Source: Carcharhinus longimanus (taxonomy: Eukaryota). Taken from it: a DNA stretch of 64,000 bases. Below, piece by piece: positions 50,134-62,193 of the stretch (its first letter is position 1; each line of letters starts with the position of its first letter). Location: contig JASCQW010000137.1 of the NCBI GenBank assembly GCA_030264375.1, positions 45,861,085 to 45,925,084 on the forward strand. The letters are read 5' to 3'. The notes beneath the pieces were generated by a model. That model was given only the letters and a program-made list of their open reading frames with translations. It searched no databases and was not told the origin of the DNA. A program made the position numbers and the translations under genes.

Positions 50134-50885
50134 NNNNNNNNNNNNNNNNNNNNNNNNNNNNNNNNNNNNNNNNNNNNNNNNNNNNNNNNNNNNNNNNNNN
50201 NNNNNNNNNNNNNNNNNNNNNNNNNNNNNNNNNNNNNNNNNNNNNNNNNNNNNNNNNNNNNNNNNNNNNNNNNNNNNNNNNNNNNNNNNNNNNNNNNNNN
50301 NNNNNNNNNNNNNNNNNNNNNNNNNNNNNNNNNNNNNNNNNNNNNNNNNNNNNNNNNNNNNNNNNNNNNNNNNNNNNNNNNNNNNNNNNNNNNNNNNNNN
50401 NNNNNNNNNNNNNNNNNNNNNNNNNNNNNNNNNNNNNNNNNNNNNNNNNNNNNNNNNNNNNNNNNNNNNNNNNNNNNNNNNNNNNNNNNNNNNNNNNNNN
50501 NNNNNNNNNNNNNNNNNNNNNNNNNNNNNNNNNNNNNNNNNNNNNNNNNNNNNNNNNNNNNNNNNNNNNNNNNNNNNNNNNNNNNNNNNNNNNNNNNNNN
50601 NNNNNNNNNNNNNNNNNNNNNNNNNNNNNNNNNNNNNNNNNNNNNNNNNNNNNNNNNNNNNNNNNNNNNNNNNNNNNNNNNNNNNNNNNNNNNNNNNNNN
50701 NNTTTCTACTGTCCTTTTCAAAGGCCTTCCCTAGGGGGTAATCTAGTCTGTAACTCTAATACACTCAGGAAGAGAGTTCCACTTGACTTCCTCTTTTACT
50801 CATAACCTCTCTTTTCTAAGCAAGCTATTTTAAGATTCCAATGTAGTGAGCAATTTGCCTAAATCAATTTGGTCATTTCCCCTTA

Positions 50886-51500
50886 AGAAAGAAAGATTCA
50901 CATTTAAATAGCACCTTTCAGGATTTCAGGATGTACGAAAGAGAGGAATTTTCCCGTTGCATCCACCCCAGGACCAGAAATCCCCGCTTAAGTCAATCGA
51001 CCTTTTGGCTTGTCCAACATATTTACCGTCCCACCCGTGATGGAACTAGAAGATTTAGGCTGATGTGAAACACTTTGGGCTGGATTCCCCGACCTCATTC
51101 ACAGCTAGGATTCTCCCATCCTGCTGCAGTGAATGGAGATTTGGCTGAGTGCCAAACTCTTCATCCTCACTGTCGGCAGCAGCCGCATGTGAATGGCCGG
51201 AGAACTCCAGCCTTTATCTCTGACTAAATAATCTGTTTTAATGATGTTGCCTGAGGAATAATTATTTGTCAGGAGAGTGTTGGCAACTTTGCTACTTTTC
51301 TTCAAAATGGTGGCATAGATTTTTTTTTCAATATGCTGACCTGCCAGGGTAGACATAGCTGTAGGTTAATATGTGATCCTGAACAAACAACACAACTTTC
51401 CCTCAGTACCACAATGAAGTGTCTGCTGAGATTTTATGCTCAAGTCCTGGAGTGAGACTTGAATACACAACCTTCCGGTTCAAAGGCAAGAGTGGACTGA
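50886..51500 (-). mobile_element. Deu-type SINE with two MITE insertions (about 50942-51061 and 51076-51212)
   Basis: The SINE tail AAGAAAGAAAG..ATAGCACCTTTCA is interrupted. The second MITE has TIRs GGCTGGATTCCCCG and CCGGAGAACTCCAGCC. Confidence 0.65.
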
Positions 51501-52596
51501 TAACTACGTAGCACTGCGACATCAGGCTGATAGCAACAGACATAATCCCTGTGAATTGTAGTTAGTCCAGGCTTTACCACTACCTGTTTGACGTCAATAT
51601 ATTTCGATTCATTTTAAATATCTGACACGTTTTGCAGCATAAATCATGGTTTATTATAAAATGAGACACCAGCCACAAAACTGATGAGTTTTTCCAATGT
51701 TGCCACCTGGCATAATATGTCAAAACAGATTTATATCAATGCACTGTTCTGAGTGGACACTACAGGATACATTACTATTATATGGAACAAGGAATTCATA
51801 CATTTTGATTGGCACAATCTAAGCTACCCCCTACAAGGATATACTTATGGTAACAGGGCCCATATGGTTAAAAGCACCACAAATGACAGAACATTCCAGA
51901 AACTGGCAGCACAAAGGCAGCAACATTTTGCAAATCTCGGTGTGAAATGAGAGCAAGGACACAGGAGATGGAAGTCAAACAATAAATTAAAATAATTAAT
52001 AAATGTTACAGGTAAACCTTTCTACAAATCAGAGATAAGGCTGTCATCAATCTTATTAAGTGAGTTTAAAAATTGTACATGTGTATCAAACAAAGACATT
52101 CTTTTCCTATTGTTCATTAGAAATATGTGCAAAATCAACAAAGGCTTTGGGTAAATATTGGAACAGTGTCAGGTTTACTGAACTTCTTGGCACATTTGCC
52201 GATCAAGACCATTTATGTTTCTTCCATCAACAGATGGTCCAAATGACTACAAGAAAAAGAATGGGAAAGTCCATCAGTCAAAAGGAGTTTCTCATGGCTT
52301 GCCCAGATTGGATTCATTTATGCAGAAGGATCTTCAGGGGGACTCACACTAATGTCATCAAGCGATTTGGGGATAGTGTGGAAAAGTGATGATCAGCCAT
52401 GATCTCATTGAATGGCCGAGCGGCTCAATAGACTGAATGGCCCACTCCTGCTTCTATATTTCCTATGTTCCTGGATGAAATGGGAAGTGGAAGGTTATGG
52501 ATTTGGAGGAAGTGAGGTACCTTTACATCAGGACTGAAGAATCCAAGGGGACAGATGAGGAGATTGTCATTTTTAAGACTGCTGAGTTACTGCTTT

Positions 52597-52892
52597 CATT
52601 CAATTCCTACAGTGCAGAAAGAGGCCATCTGGCCCATCATGTCGGCACTGACTCTCCGAAAGAGCAACCCACCCAGATCCAGCCCTCCATGCAATTGCCA
52701 TACCATTGCTAATCCATCTAACCTTTACGTTTTTGGACACAAGGGGACAAAATCCTTCTAACATGCACATCTTTGGACTGTGGGAGGAAACCGGAGCGCC
52801 TGGTGGAAATCCATGCAGACATGAGCAGAAAACTCCACACAGACAGTCACCCAGTCTGTGTTCCTGAGGCAGCAATGCTAACCACTGTGCCT
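52597..52892 (-). mobile_element. HE1-type SINE
   Basis: CCTACAGTGCAGAAAGAGGCCATC...GAGGCAGCAATGCTAACCACTGTGCC. Confidence 0.85.
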
Positions 52893-53407
52893 CCTTGCTA
52901 CAATGTTGAATGTAAGCGTTGGATGAAATGTTCGAGGTGAGGAGACACATGAGAATAGTGGTGTACGTCTGCTCTGTTTTGCAAGTATTGGCAATAGCTG
53001 TAGTCCAATCCCATTTTTCTGCATTCCATTCCATATTTATCTTCTTCAGTTCCCATTGAATGTCAGCTTCAATTGCTACTGGTTATAAACAGTCCATATC
53101 CTAATAAATCTTGCGGTTAAAAAATTCTATGCAACCTCCTCTTTTATTCTTCCAGTCCTTCTGAGATTCTGCCACCCAGTTACAGTTCATTGACATTGGA
53201 AATCTTTAACTTTTCTTAATTTTGAACTCTTTTATTCTCTCACCTATCCAGTCCTGCTTCCTCCTGCACTAAAGAATTCACACACCAACCATTAAATACA
53301 TTGTTTTGCTTCACTTTCAGCTGATGACCAAGCAGCAACTCTCTTTCTCTCTCTCTTGCACCTTTCCTAATTTTGAACACTTTCATTTGTCTCCCATTAA
53401 TGCACCA

Positions 53408-53540
53408 TGGGGGTGAGACTTTACAGCCTCGCTTGTCCTGAAACCGCGAAATCCCACCCAAGGTCAACAGATCTTTCCAATGGTCTGCCCCTCGCCCACT
53501 CCGATTCCTATGGCAGGCGGGATGGTAAAATTCAGGCCCA
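53408..53540. mobile_element. Harbinger-type MITE
   Basis: TGGGGGTGAGACTTTAC...GTAAAATTCAGGCCCA. Confidence 0.6.
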
Positions 53541-53889
53541 TTACTTTTTCTTGTGGATCTCATCGTAAGTAAATTTCATTGTCTTGATTTCACCCAATTA
53601 AACAAAATTCTTCATTTTCATGGATTTTATTGGCATTTTTAAAATTGAGTACCAGAAACTACACAAAATATTCCACCTGTTGACCCATTGGGATCATATT
53701 TGACAACTGAACTTAGAAAATAAAAAGGGAAAAGATCAGAGAAGGAGAGGCAAGAGAGTGTGAAAAATCATGGGAAAATAGGCTGCCGAGAAAAATAGGC
53801 AGTGAGATAGGCGAAGGGTGAACAGAGGGCATAAAAAAGAGCTCAAAAAAAATTACATGGGAATATGACAAAAAGACTGGAAAAGGCGT

Positions 53890-54290
53890 TAGGGAGAGAG
53901 CATGGGAATAGACCAGGAAGAGAAAGTAGGAAGAAGAAATGGGGAGCAGGGAACAATGGGAGAGATAGAGAGAGGGAGAGTCAAAAGAAGAAATAGGGGA
54001 ACAGGAAACAGAGAGAGAGCAGGAAGAAGAATTGGAGAGCAAAGAGACATGTATAGAGAGAGAGAGAGGGAATAGAAAGAAGAAATGGAGAGCAAGGAAC
54101 AAAGGAAGAGGAAGAGAAAGAGAGAGAGAGAGAGAAAGGGAGAGTCGAAAGAAGAAATAGGGGAGCAGGGAACCAAGAGAGACAGAGCAGAAAGAAGAAT
54201 TGTAGAGCAGGAAACAAAGATAGAAATATAGGGAGAGAGAGGGAGAGAGACAGAAAAGAGAATGTGCCATTGAGAGAAAAAGAGGGAAGA
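53890..54290. repeat. Purine-rich minisatellite with (GA)n spacers
   Basis: An AAGAAGAAAT(G/A)GGGAGCAGGGAAC-like core repeated about 6 times. Confidence 0.85.
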
Positions 54291-54739
54291 TAATGGATAT
54301 TAAATTCTCCACATTCGGACATTATGTCAACATGTGACCTGTTTTTCAAATCACTGAAGTCATGGGACTCATTAAGGAGTTATCCGTTGATCCTGCATTT
54401 GTCATTAGCATCACCCAAACCAGCGTGATCTCTTATTTTCCCACCTGTCTCATCCTGCCTTCTGTATTATTATACCTCCTGCACTAAAGGATTCACACAC
54501 GAAATACTAAATATATTGTTTTGCTGCCACTTTGGGTTAATGGCCAGTCAGTAACTCTCTCTTTCTCTCTCTCTTTTTGTATATACCCAGCTCTGATGGG
54601 TGGCTGAAAGAAGGGGAATCCACATCATGAAAGAAGGGGAACATGGGTTCAATTCCAGTATAGCAGGTGGTCAGTGTGACAGCATAGAGGAAATGGAGGA
54701 GTGAGGATCCAGCATAGAGGCAGATCTAGGGGGTCATCA

Positions 54740-55650
54740 ACGAGCACATGAATACTGACCAGTTGTCTGTGGATCTTGCTGCTAAAGGGCCTGATGTAAA
54801 TGAGGAAAGGAAGAGTCCCTGGAGTGGGGTGAGATGATAGTGCTGGGGTAAGTATGATGCACTGTTAGTGATTGTAAACACGTGTAAGACCAAGTGAGGG
54901 TAGTCCCACTGATCTGGGCATAGAAAGAGAAAATGCCGACAGGTTAGGAAGGATGAGAGGGTGGGGGGATATTGCACCATGGTCACAAGTATTCATGACA
55001 ACAATAAGGATTACTCCAAAACTGTGATATTATAAAAATGTGATCAGAAAAATTGCGATTTGGTTGAAGGAGGTGATGGTATTGATATGAGAGGTAGAAA
55101 CAAACTGAGTTCTGCTGGAGAGAACTGAAAACTTGGAGATGGTCAGCAGTTTGACAGGACAAAGGATTCTTTAAGGAGTAGTTTTGCAAAAGGAACGGGG
55201 AGAATGCTGGAGGAAATTAACCATTTACAATACCAGCTTTAGTGGAGGAGGGAGATTAGGTGGTCAGTGGGTTCATGAGAATGGATTAGAGGGAGCAGGG
55301 GATGGGTATCAGATATGGCATGAGAAACGATGAGGGATGGCAGTGAACAGGAGGCTTAGGGTGAAGAAGGGTGGAGGTTTGGGTTGGTGGGCAAGGAGGG
55401 GAGAAGCAGAATAGATATAGGGCAGTGGGGGAGGGATGTGTGTGGAGGTTTGATCTGGTGACCTAGCGGAAGGGAGGGAAATGATGAAAAAAAAGGCTGG
55501 TTGGATGGTCTTAATCTGAGTGTCAAAGAAGTCTATCAGTTCTTTATGTTTATTGTTGGGGGCTGAGGGCAGAGGGGGATCTAAGGGTAGGATGGAGAAA
55601 AGAAACCAGGCATGACCTTTACTCTCTAGGATGATTTGAGAGCAGTGGGT
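54740..55650 (-). mobile_element. Old L2-like LINE fragment
   Basis: Purine-rich plus strand typical of a reversed L2 ORF2; highly degenerate. Confidence 0.45.
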
Positions 55651-56109
55651 GACAACAGAAAAGGTAAAGTAGCAACAACCATCCTCAATAATGTTTCTCT
55701 ATCTAAATAGGAATGGCGCGCAAGTTCAAATCTTCATATAAATGTGTACTTTTGTTGAACTGTTCTCAACTCAACCACTTGGTAACCAGTTTAATATCAA
55801 TAGCACATTTTTTTTTCACCATATGACAGACAGAGATACTCTTGATTTAAAAGAATGTGATGTACTAGTTTTATGGTCTACTTTATGGCAGCATTTCAGA
55901 TGCATTTATCCAGGATTTAGCTTAAGAATGCTTCAACTATATTTCAGACTATAACCAACTAATAATTGCCCAACAGAATGAGCTGGAAAGGAGCTACAAT
56001 TCTGACATTTTCCATTTCATCTCTTCTCACATAATTCCAAGGACTCCAATGGCATCCTAAGCAAAGTCTTGGCAGGATAGATGGGGAGAGGATATTCCCT
56101 CTTGTGGGA

Positions 56110-56274
56110 GCCATGATGTGGGGATTCTGGCGTTGAACTGGGGTGGGCACAGTAAGAGGTCACACATCACCAGGTTAAAGTCCAACAGGTTTATTTGGAA
56201 TCACGAGCTTTCAGAGCGCTGCTCCTTCCTCAGGGTGAGTGAGGTAACCTTGTGTTGTGAGATTTCTTACTGTG
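56110..56274. mobile_element. Family A Penelope-derived mini-element (short second arm) with 13 bp TSD
   Basis: CCCTCTTGTGGGA occurs at 56097-56109 and 56275-56287. One full arm is followed by a partial inverted GTGTTGTGAGATTTCTTACTGTGC. Confidence 0.85.
56201..56238 (-). ncRNA. Minimal type I hammerhead ribozyme motif
   Basis: Minus strand UCAC-C-CUGAGGA-A-GGAGC-AGC-GCUCU-GAAA-GC-UC-GUGA. Confidence 0.7.
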
Positions 56275-56513
56275 CCCTCTTGTGGGAAAATCTAGGACTA
56301 TGGGTCATTGTTTAAAATAAAAGGTTGCCCATTCAAGACAGAGATGAGGAGTTTTTTTCTTTCTCTCGGAGGCTCTGGAACTCTTCCTCAAAACATGGTG
56401 GAAGCAGAGTCTTTGAATATTTTTAAGTCAGAGAAAAATAGTTCTGATAAACAAGTGGGGGGGGAAGGTAAAGGTTATCGAAGTTAGGCAAGGGGTTGCA
56501 ATCAGATCAGTAT

Positions 56514-56807
56514 GACCCAGACATACTCTCTTCCACCTTCTTCTGTCGTGAAAAGGATACAAAAGTCTGAGATCATGTACCAACTGACTCAAGAACAGCT
56601 TCTTCCCTGCTGCCATCAGCAGGGACCTAACACATATTGATTTGATTTTTCTCTACACCCTAGCTATGATTGTAACACTACATGCTGCACCCTCTCCTTT
56701 CCTTCTCCCTCAGGTACTCTATGAACGGTATGCTTTGTCTGTATAGCATGCAAGAAACAATACTTTTCACTGTATCCCAATACATGTGACAATAATACAT
56801 CAAATCT
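56514..56807 (+). mobile_element. Rex1/Babar-type LINE 3' end
   Basis: Reads PRHTLFHLLLS*KGYKSLRSCTN*LKNSFFPAAI (cf. the H.LF.LLPSGRRY..RT.RL.NSF.P.AI motif). Tail TTTCACTGTA..TACATGTGACAATAA. Confidence 0.75.
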
Positions 56808-57789
56808 AATCTTATTAAATGGTAGAGCAGGCTTGAGAGGTCGAGTGGCTTTCTCCTAATTCGTACGTTCAAACTTGGGGAGGAGAAAGTTGGCTAAAGA
56901 AGACTGCCTTTTAGTTTATTCCTTTATTCAAACCTTCCCCCCACCCTGTCCTGCACAACACTTAAACAATAGTTTCTGCATGGTGACATTGCAATGAAAA
57001 TGGCCTGTGTCCAATCTGGATCTGCTCCAGCCTCAAACAAAATGCTATCCAAATAATTTTTCATTTCTCTTTTAAGATCATTGCACACCAAACTGTTGCC
57101 AAACTTCTTTAGGAGACAATTTGTGATATTTACCAAAAACTGTTCCTGCCTCAAACCATCAGCTTTAAGATCTCCTTCTGCAAAATGCCTTTCTTCCTTG
57201 ACTTGGAGATTGGGGGAAAGGATGCTCATGATATCTGCCCACCATTTCTCTTGTGTGACACAGCCATGTAAAAGGCATGGTAGACAGGGTTCTTGATATA
57301 ACTTGTATCTTATAACTTTTCATTCCACTGCCTGTATGGCTACTGGGGTTTCACTTCTGGACAATTAGCAGTGGGTAGCGTGGAAAAAAGAAGCCAGACA
57401 TGACTTTTACTTTCCTGGATGATTTAAGAGCAGTGGGGAACAACAAAATACAAAGTAGCATCAGCCATCTTCAACAATGTTCCACTAGCTAAGTGGGAAT
57501 AGTGCGAAATCTAAATCGTCATACAAATGTGAACTTTTGTTGAACTATTCCCGATTCAACCACTTGGTAACCAGTTTACTATCAATAGCACATCTTCTTG
57601 TTTCCACTCTATGACAGACAGAGATAATCTCGATTTAAAAAGGAATGTGATGTACCAATTTTAAGGTCTACTTTATGGCGTTGGATCACCAAATATCCCT
57701 ATTTTGATTGACGATGGTGTGGAGCACTTTTCAGCAGGAATCAGCATAACAATCAGAAACAGGGACTCTGGCTGATTTCTCCCCTTTGT

Positions 57790-58600
57790 CCCCGAATGGT
57801 GTTCCCAAATGCAATTTCCTACAGTTACGCACTGGAAAGACCAAAACTATTATCTGTGGGTCTGGCCACAAACCCTTTCCCAGTGCCACAAAGTCTATAC
57901 CCTTCCCAGGATACCGTCCTAATTTGAAGTGGACTGTTCATAAACTCAAGTTCAATCTTAGGCTCAGTTTCCAATACCAAATCCTCTCCATCATAAATAC
58001 CACCCCCTCTCACCTTCCGAATTGTGACTGTCTCAGCCTCAGTCTCAAACTACTGTAAAACACTCATGATTTTGGTACCTTGAAACTGAGCTATTTCAAT
58101 ATTTTCCTGACTGGCCTCCCATTTTCTACCTGCCATCAACTTTACCTCATCCAACTCTCCACTCTGATTCCCTTCTAGCCCCTAATCTGCTCACCCGCAC
58201 TCTGGGCCTTTCTGCTTCACATTGGTTCCCAGTCCTCTAATGTCTCCAGTTTAAAAATCTCATCCAGTCTGCTGTTTATATTTCTCATTGGCCTCACCCC
58301 TCTCAGTCTCTATAATCCCCTCTAATCCTACAATGTTTCCAAATTCCTGTTTCCCTGATTCATCCTTCAATCGCTTCACCCACCATTGTAGCCATTTCGA
58401 CTGCCTCAGCCTAAAGTTCCGTCCAAAACCTCCTCTACAGTCTCCACATCCCCCTTTCTTATCTAAGACCCGACTTAAAAATGACCTTGTTCCAATCTTT
58501 TGGTTAGCCTTCTTAATATCTCCTTCTTTGTCCAATATTTGTCTGATGTGTTAAGGGTCTTGCACTGTCTTTCTATATTTTAAAGGTGCTATATAAATAT
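57790..58600 (+). mobile_element. Old L2-type LINE 3' fragment
   Basis: NFLQLRTGKTKTII (cf. FLQLN..KTE) and CACATTGGTTCCCAGTC (LHWLP-like); ends GGTGCTATATAAAT. Confidence 0.65.
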
Positions 58601-58604
58601 ACAT

Positions 58605-59075
58605 GGTTGGTACTGTGCCAGCTAAAGAAAGAAGGGCCTTGCAGTTACATACCACTTTTCACAACTTCAGCATGTCCTGCAGACGTTTTACTGTCAATGA
58701 AGTATTTCTGAAGTGCAGTCATTGTTGTAGTATAGGAAATTCAGCAGCCATTTTGCACACACAGCAAGCTCCCACACACTGCAATGTGATAATGACTAGA
58801 TAACCTACTTCAATGAAGTTGATCGAAGGATAAATATGGTCAGAACACCGCTGCTCCTCTTTGAAATAGTACCTTGGGTTCTTTTGTATCCACCTGAGAC
58901 AGCAGACATTGTCTCAATTTAATGTCTCATTTGAGAGACAGCACCTCCAATGATGTAGCACTCCCTCAGTACTCTACTGGGATTGTGAGCCTGGGTTTTG
59001 GTGCTCAAGTCATTGGAGTGGGACATAAACCAACAACCTTCTGAGGTGAGAGTTGAGAGTGCCGCCACTGCACCA
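58605..59075 (-). mobile_element. Deu-type SINE, full length
   Basis: AAAGAAAGAAG..GCAGCCATTTTGCACACACAGCAAGCTCCCAC..GCACTCCCTCAGTACT..CAACCTTCTGA. Confidence 0.75.
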
Positions 59076-60272
59076 CAGCTGATACTAAGATCAGTTAACT
59101 CAGGGCAGACCATAGAATCCAATCTTCTGGTTTACATGGCCCAGTACCATACCATGCAAAGCTTGTAGTCACTGAGCTGTCAAGGGAGTCAGATTTCAGG
59201 ATTCAGTGAGTCATTAATGCTTTCACTCCTGCCTCCAGCATGATGTTGGCCTCCTCCTTGCTACTTGGCAAAGCTGGCCATCCCAAACACTGTTTATCTG
59301 CCTTTGACTCCAAGAGTATTTATAAAAAAAGAATAACAGGTTGTTAAGGACATTGCTGTGATATGTGAAGTATGCCAGATGCAGTTGTACCTTTGACGTG
59401 TTTGTGAAATACATTCTAGAATCTGACCACAACATTTAAGGGACACAGGAAAAAAAATCTAAACTTTGCAGAAACACCTCCTATCCAGGATATAGACATA
59501 TATTTAGCAGCTGGATTCAGGCTTTGTTTCATAGTTAATTCATGGAGGTTGTGCTGGGGGAGGGAGGAAGGCAATTAAATGTTGTTTTCAGTTTTGGTTA
59601 AATGACGTGATGATATCTTTTACTGCCATGGAATATAGTAACAGAAAGATCCTCCTCTGTACAATTTCAAAGCAATAGCTAAAATTACATCCCCATCACT
59701 TCCTGAAATCTCCAATATTGCCCCTTTTTTTTTTTTTACAGGAATTGATTCCTGCAGTTCATGGTCCATCCGGCCCAAATGGACAATCTTTATGTGTGGT
59801 CATTGACAAACAAGCCTTTTGACCACGGGGTGAAATCGCAGCTAAACATGTCCTCACTCAATGCTCATCCCAATGCACTTTCTACTGAAGTGGTGGGTCT
59901 GAGTGTCACTGCCTGGCATGTAGGTGGGACAATATTGGCTAATGTTATCTCTCCATATACTGAGGCAGTGTGCAATGGTTTCCTTATTACAACACTGATT
60001 GAAATCCACTTAACACAGTAGAGTGCGGCATTTCCCTGTGATCTTCCTGGTTCATTATGGGTCTATTGCTCATTGGAAAGTATATTCACCAAGGGAGATA
60101 CATTGAGTAGAATGCAATCTTCTATGAAATGTACAGCTAGAAACATAACCAACTGAATTCATCAAACAGGCAATGACCTCATCAGCATTCTACCCCCCTC
60201 CTCTGCATCAACATTGTACAAAGCCTCAGTTCTCCTGCATCTCTTATGATTGGGAATGTTTGATTTTGATAC

Positions 60273-60575
60273 CACTACAGATGCTGGAAATTGGAAATAA
60301 GAACAGAAACTGTGGGAAGCACTCAGCAAATCTGGCTGAGCAACTTATGGAATAAATTTTTTGGTCCTGATTGGTGTGGGAATCATCCGCAGGTGGGACA
60401 GAAAATTTGATAGACCAATTAAAGGTCTGTTGACCACAGACAGGATTTTCCAGCCTCAGGAGGATGGGACCAGAAAATCTTGCCTGTTTAACTTCTCAAG
60501 TCGATGACTTTTCACCAGAAGAATAATGATGGTGCCATACCTCCTAAGTATTTCCAGCAGGTTCTGTTTTTATTA
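60273..60575. mobile_element. Old family B hairpin element with inserted MITE (about 60355-60486)
   Basis: CAGATGCTGGAAATTGGAAATAAGAACAGAAAC is inverted against TATTTCCAGCAGGTTCTGTTTTTATT. The minus strand has CTGGTGAAAAGTCATCGACTTGAGA. Confidence 0.6.
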
Positions 60576-62046
60576 ACAAATTGCTCTAACTGCAGTAGGA
60601 TTGCGGACGGATTCTTTTTTTCTCCAAATCAGTGGATGCATTACATGCTAGGCCAAATTTGTACAGCTAAAATCATCAGCGTCTTTATTTATACTTTAAA
60701 AAGTTGACAGTGCTATAAGAACAAGACAAACAACACACAAGGTCCTCAGGGTTATCTTTTCACTCGATGACATGGTAATGCCAGCTAGCAGTCTGCTCAA
60801 TCTTCCTCTTGAGAATCAGAATGAATAACAATTCAACTCAAAATTGGGCTTCCAAGAAAATCTTTGCTGCATTGTCCGACAGCTAGCACAACAGTCACAT
60901 CCGAGTGGAATCAATTGGATTACTCATCACTGAAGCTCATACAATATATGAAAATAATACTAATAAATCTTTCAAGTATCTAACCTTCCTAAATAGAAAT
61001 GTAAGCCTGGTTTGAAATGTTTAAGTAGGTTTATGCTGCCCCCTTATCAATAGCATTATACAAAATGCTCCCCACACCATGCAGGCATGGTTCTATTTAC
61101 GTAAGCATTCTTCCATATGCTTCTATAAATGGAACGAAATTCTCCAAATAATTGATCAAAGTTACTAAGCCAGACACCTCAAGTGAAAAGCTCTTAATTT
61201 AATTAACTTTTGATCAAGAAATGTTTAGTGCCTTTTATCTGTAAATCTGACAACCAAACACATCCAGAAACCACATTTTGTTTCGACCTCATCGACCTTT
61301 AGTGCGGGAAGCCTGTGACCTGAGCTGACACAAACTGCATCCTGTATTTATTATTCAGTGGTAGATCTCACTTTTCCAGCCATTTTATTGACTTTAGATT
61401 ATAGACTGGGTAGACTTAGTCCAAATGTTATATTCAAAAACCCAAATGATCTCAAATCTGAATTCCATTGTCCCTGAGGATTTTGGATAAAGAATATTCG
61501 ACTTGCAATATTCTCAGCCTTTTCAGGGATGATGCCATTTTTGGTTTTCCATCATGAGAAAAATCCATTTTGTCTTAACTTAATTCACAACTTATGTTTG
61601 CCTAGCGGATGAGAATGGCTATATTTTTACCCAGTTCCCAGTTGTGGATGTAGAACCAGATGGTATCATTCAGCTCTGGCATTTCTTCACCTACTCATGA
61701 ACTCGTATTAAGCCAGTTCACTCTTTCCTTTCAGACATTTTTACTGTTCTCCCATTTCTTTCCACACATTGTATGAACTCCGAGAAATTCTTCATGTGCC
61801 AAGTTTGATCATCTCAATGTAGCCTTCCTGCCAAATGCAGCACACAGCTTCATGGTAACTTTGACATAGGCTGGCCAACATGGTCAGGCCAGTTATTACT
61901 AGTTCTGGTCTGCTTCCTATACTCTTAGATTCTACTTTGTTCATCACTTGTGTAAGAGTGGTCAAAGCATCTTACGTTCAGGAGTGCACCCAATGAGTCA
62001 TATAGCATAAATAAAGGGTGTAACAATAGGACACCTCAATTATCTG

Positions 62047-62193
62047 AACTGGGTTTTGGCCAAAAACCTCTGTCCTCATTCGTGGCTGGGGTTCTCTGGT
62101 GCCGTTGAAAGTGAATGGAGTTTGGCAGGAATGCCAAATTCTCTGTTCTCACTAGCAGCAGGGCAGGTACGGACGAGATTGCAGAATCCCACC
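62047..62193. mobile_element. Harbinger-type MITE
   Basis: Core AGTGAATGGAG.TTTGGC..ATGCCAAA.TCT shared with 51076-51212; ends GAATCCCACCCA. Confidence 0.55.

Larger units (their letters stand above)
53228..54575. repeat. Diverged ~130-145 bp direct duplication (53228-53357 and 54430-54575)
   Basis: CCTCCTGCACTAAAG(A/G)ATTCACACAC..TAAATA(C/T)ATTGTTTTGCT..AACTCTCT occurs in both copies. Confidence 0.8.
56065..56870 (+). mobile_element. CR1 3' fragment hosting two later insertions
   Basis: GATGGGGAGAGGATATTCCCTCTTGTGGGA..CTAGGACTATGGGTCA..GACAGAGATGAGGAG; the 3' UTR resumes at about 56808. Confidence 0.75.
55585..57679. repeat. Diverged ~305 bp direct duplication (55585-55889 and 57373-57679)
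   Basis: Collinear throughout, for example CTTTTGTTGAACT..TCAACCACTTGGTAACCAGTTTA.TATCAATAGCACAT..TATGACAGACAGAGATA..GGTCTACTTTATGGC. Confidence 0.9.

Noticed and set aside
52234-52389. Acceptor-like TTCTTCCATCAACAG followed by an open frame
   Set aside because: No donor is found, the sequence runs into a CR1 3' tail, and no peptide is recognisable.
53713-54349. 199 aa S/L/F-rich ORF (similarly 6793-7227 and 16885-17306)
   Set aside because: These are translations of low-complexity GA/CT or CA repeats with no domain character.
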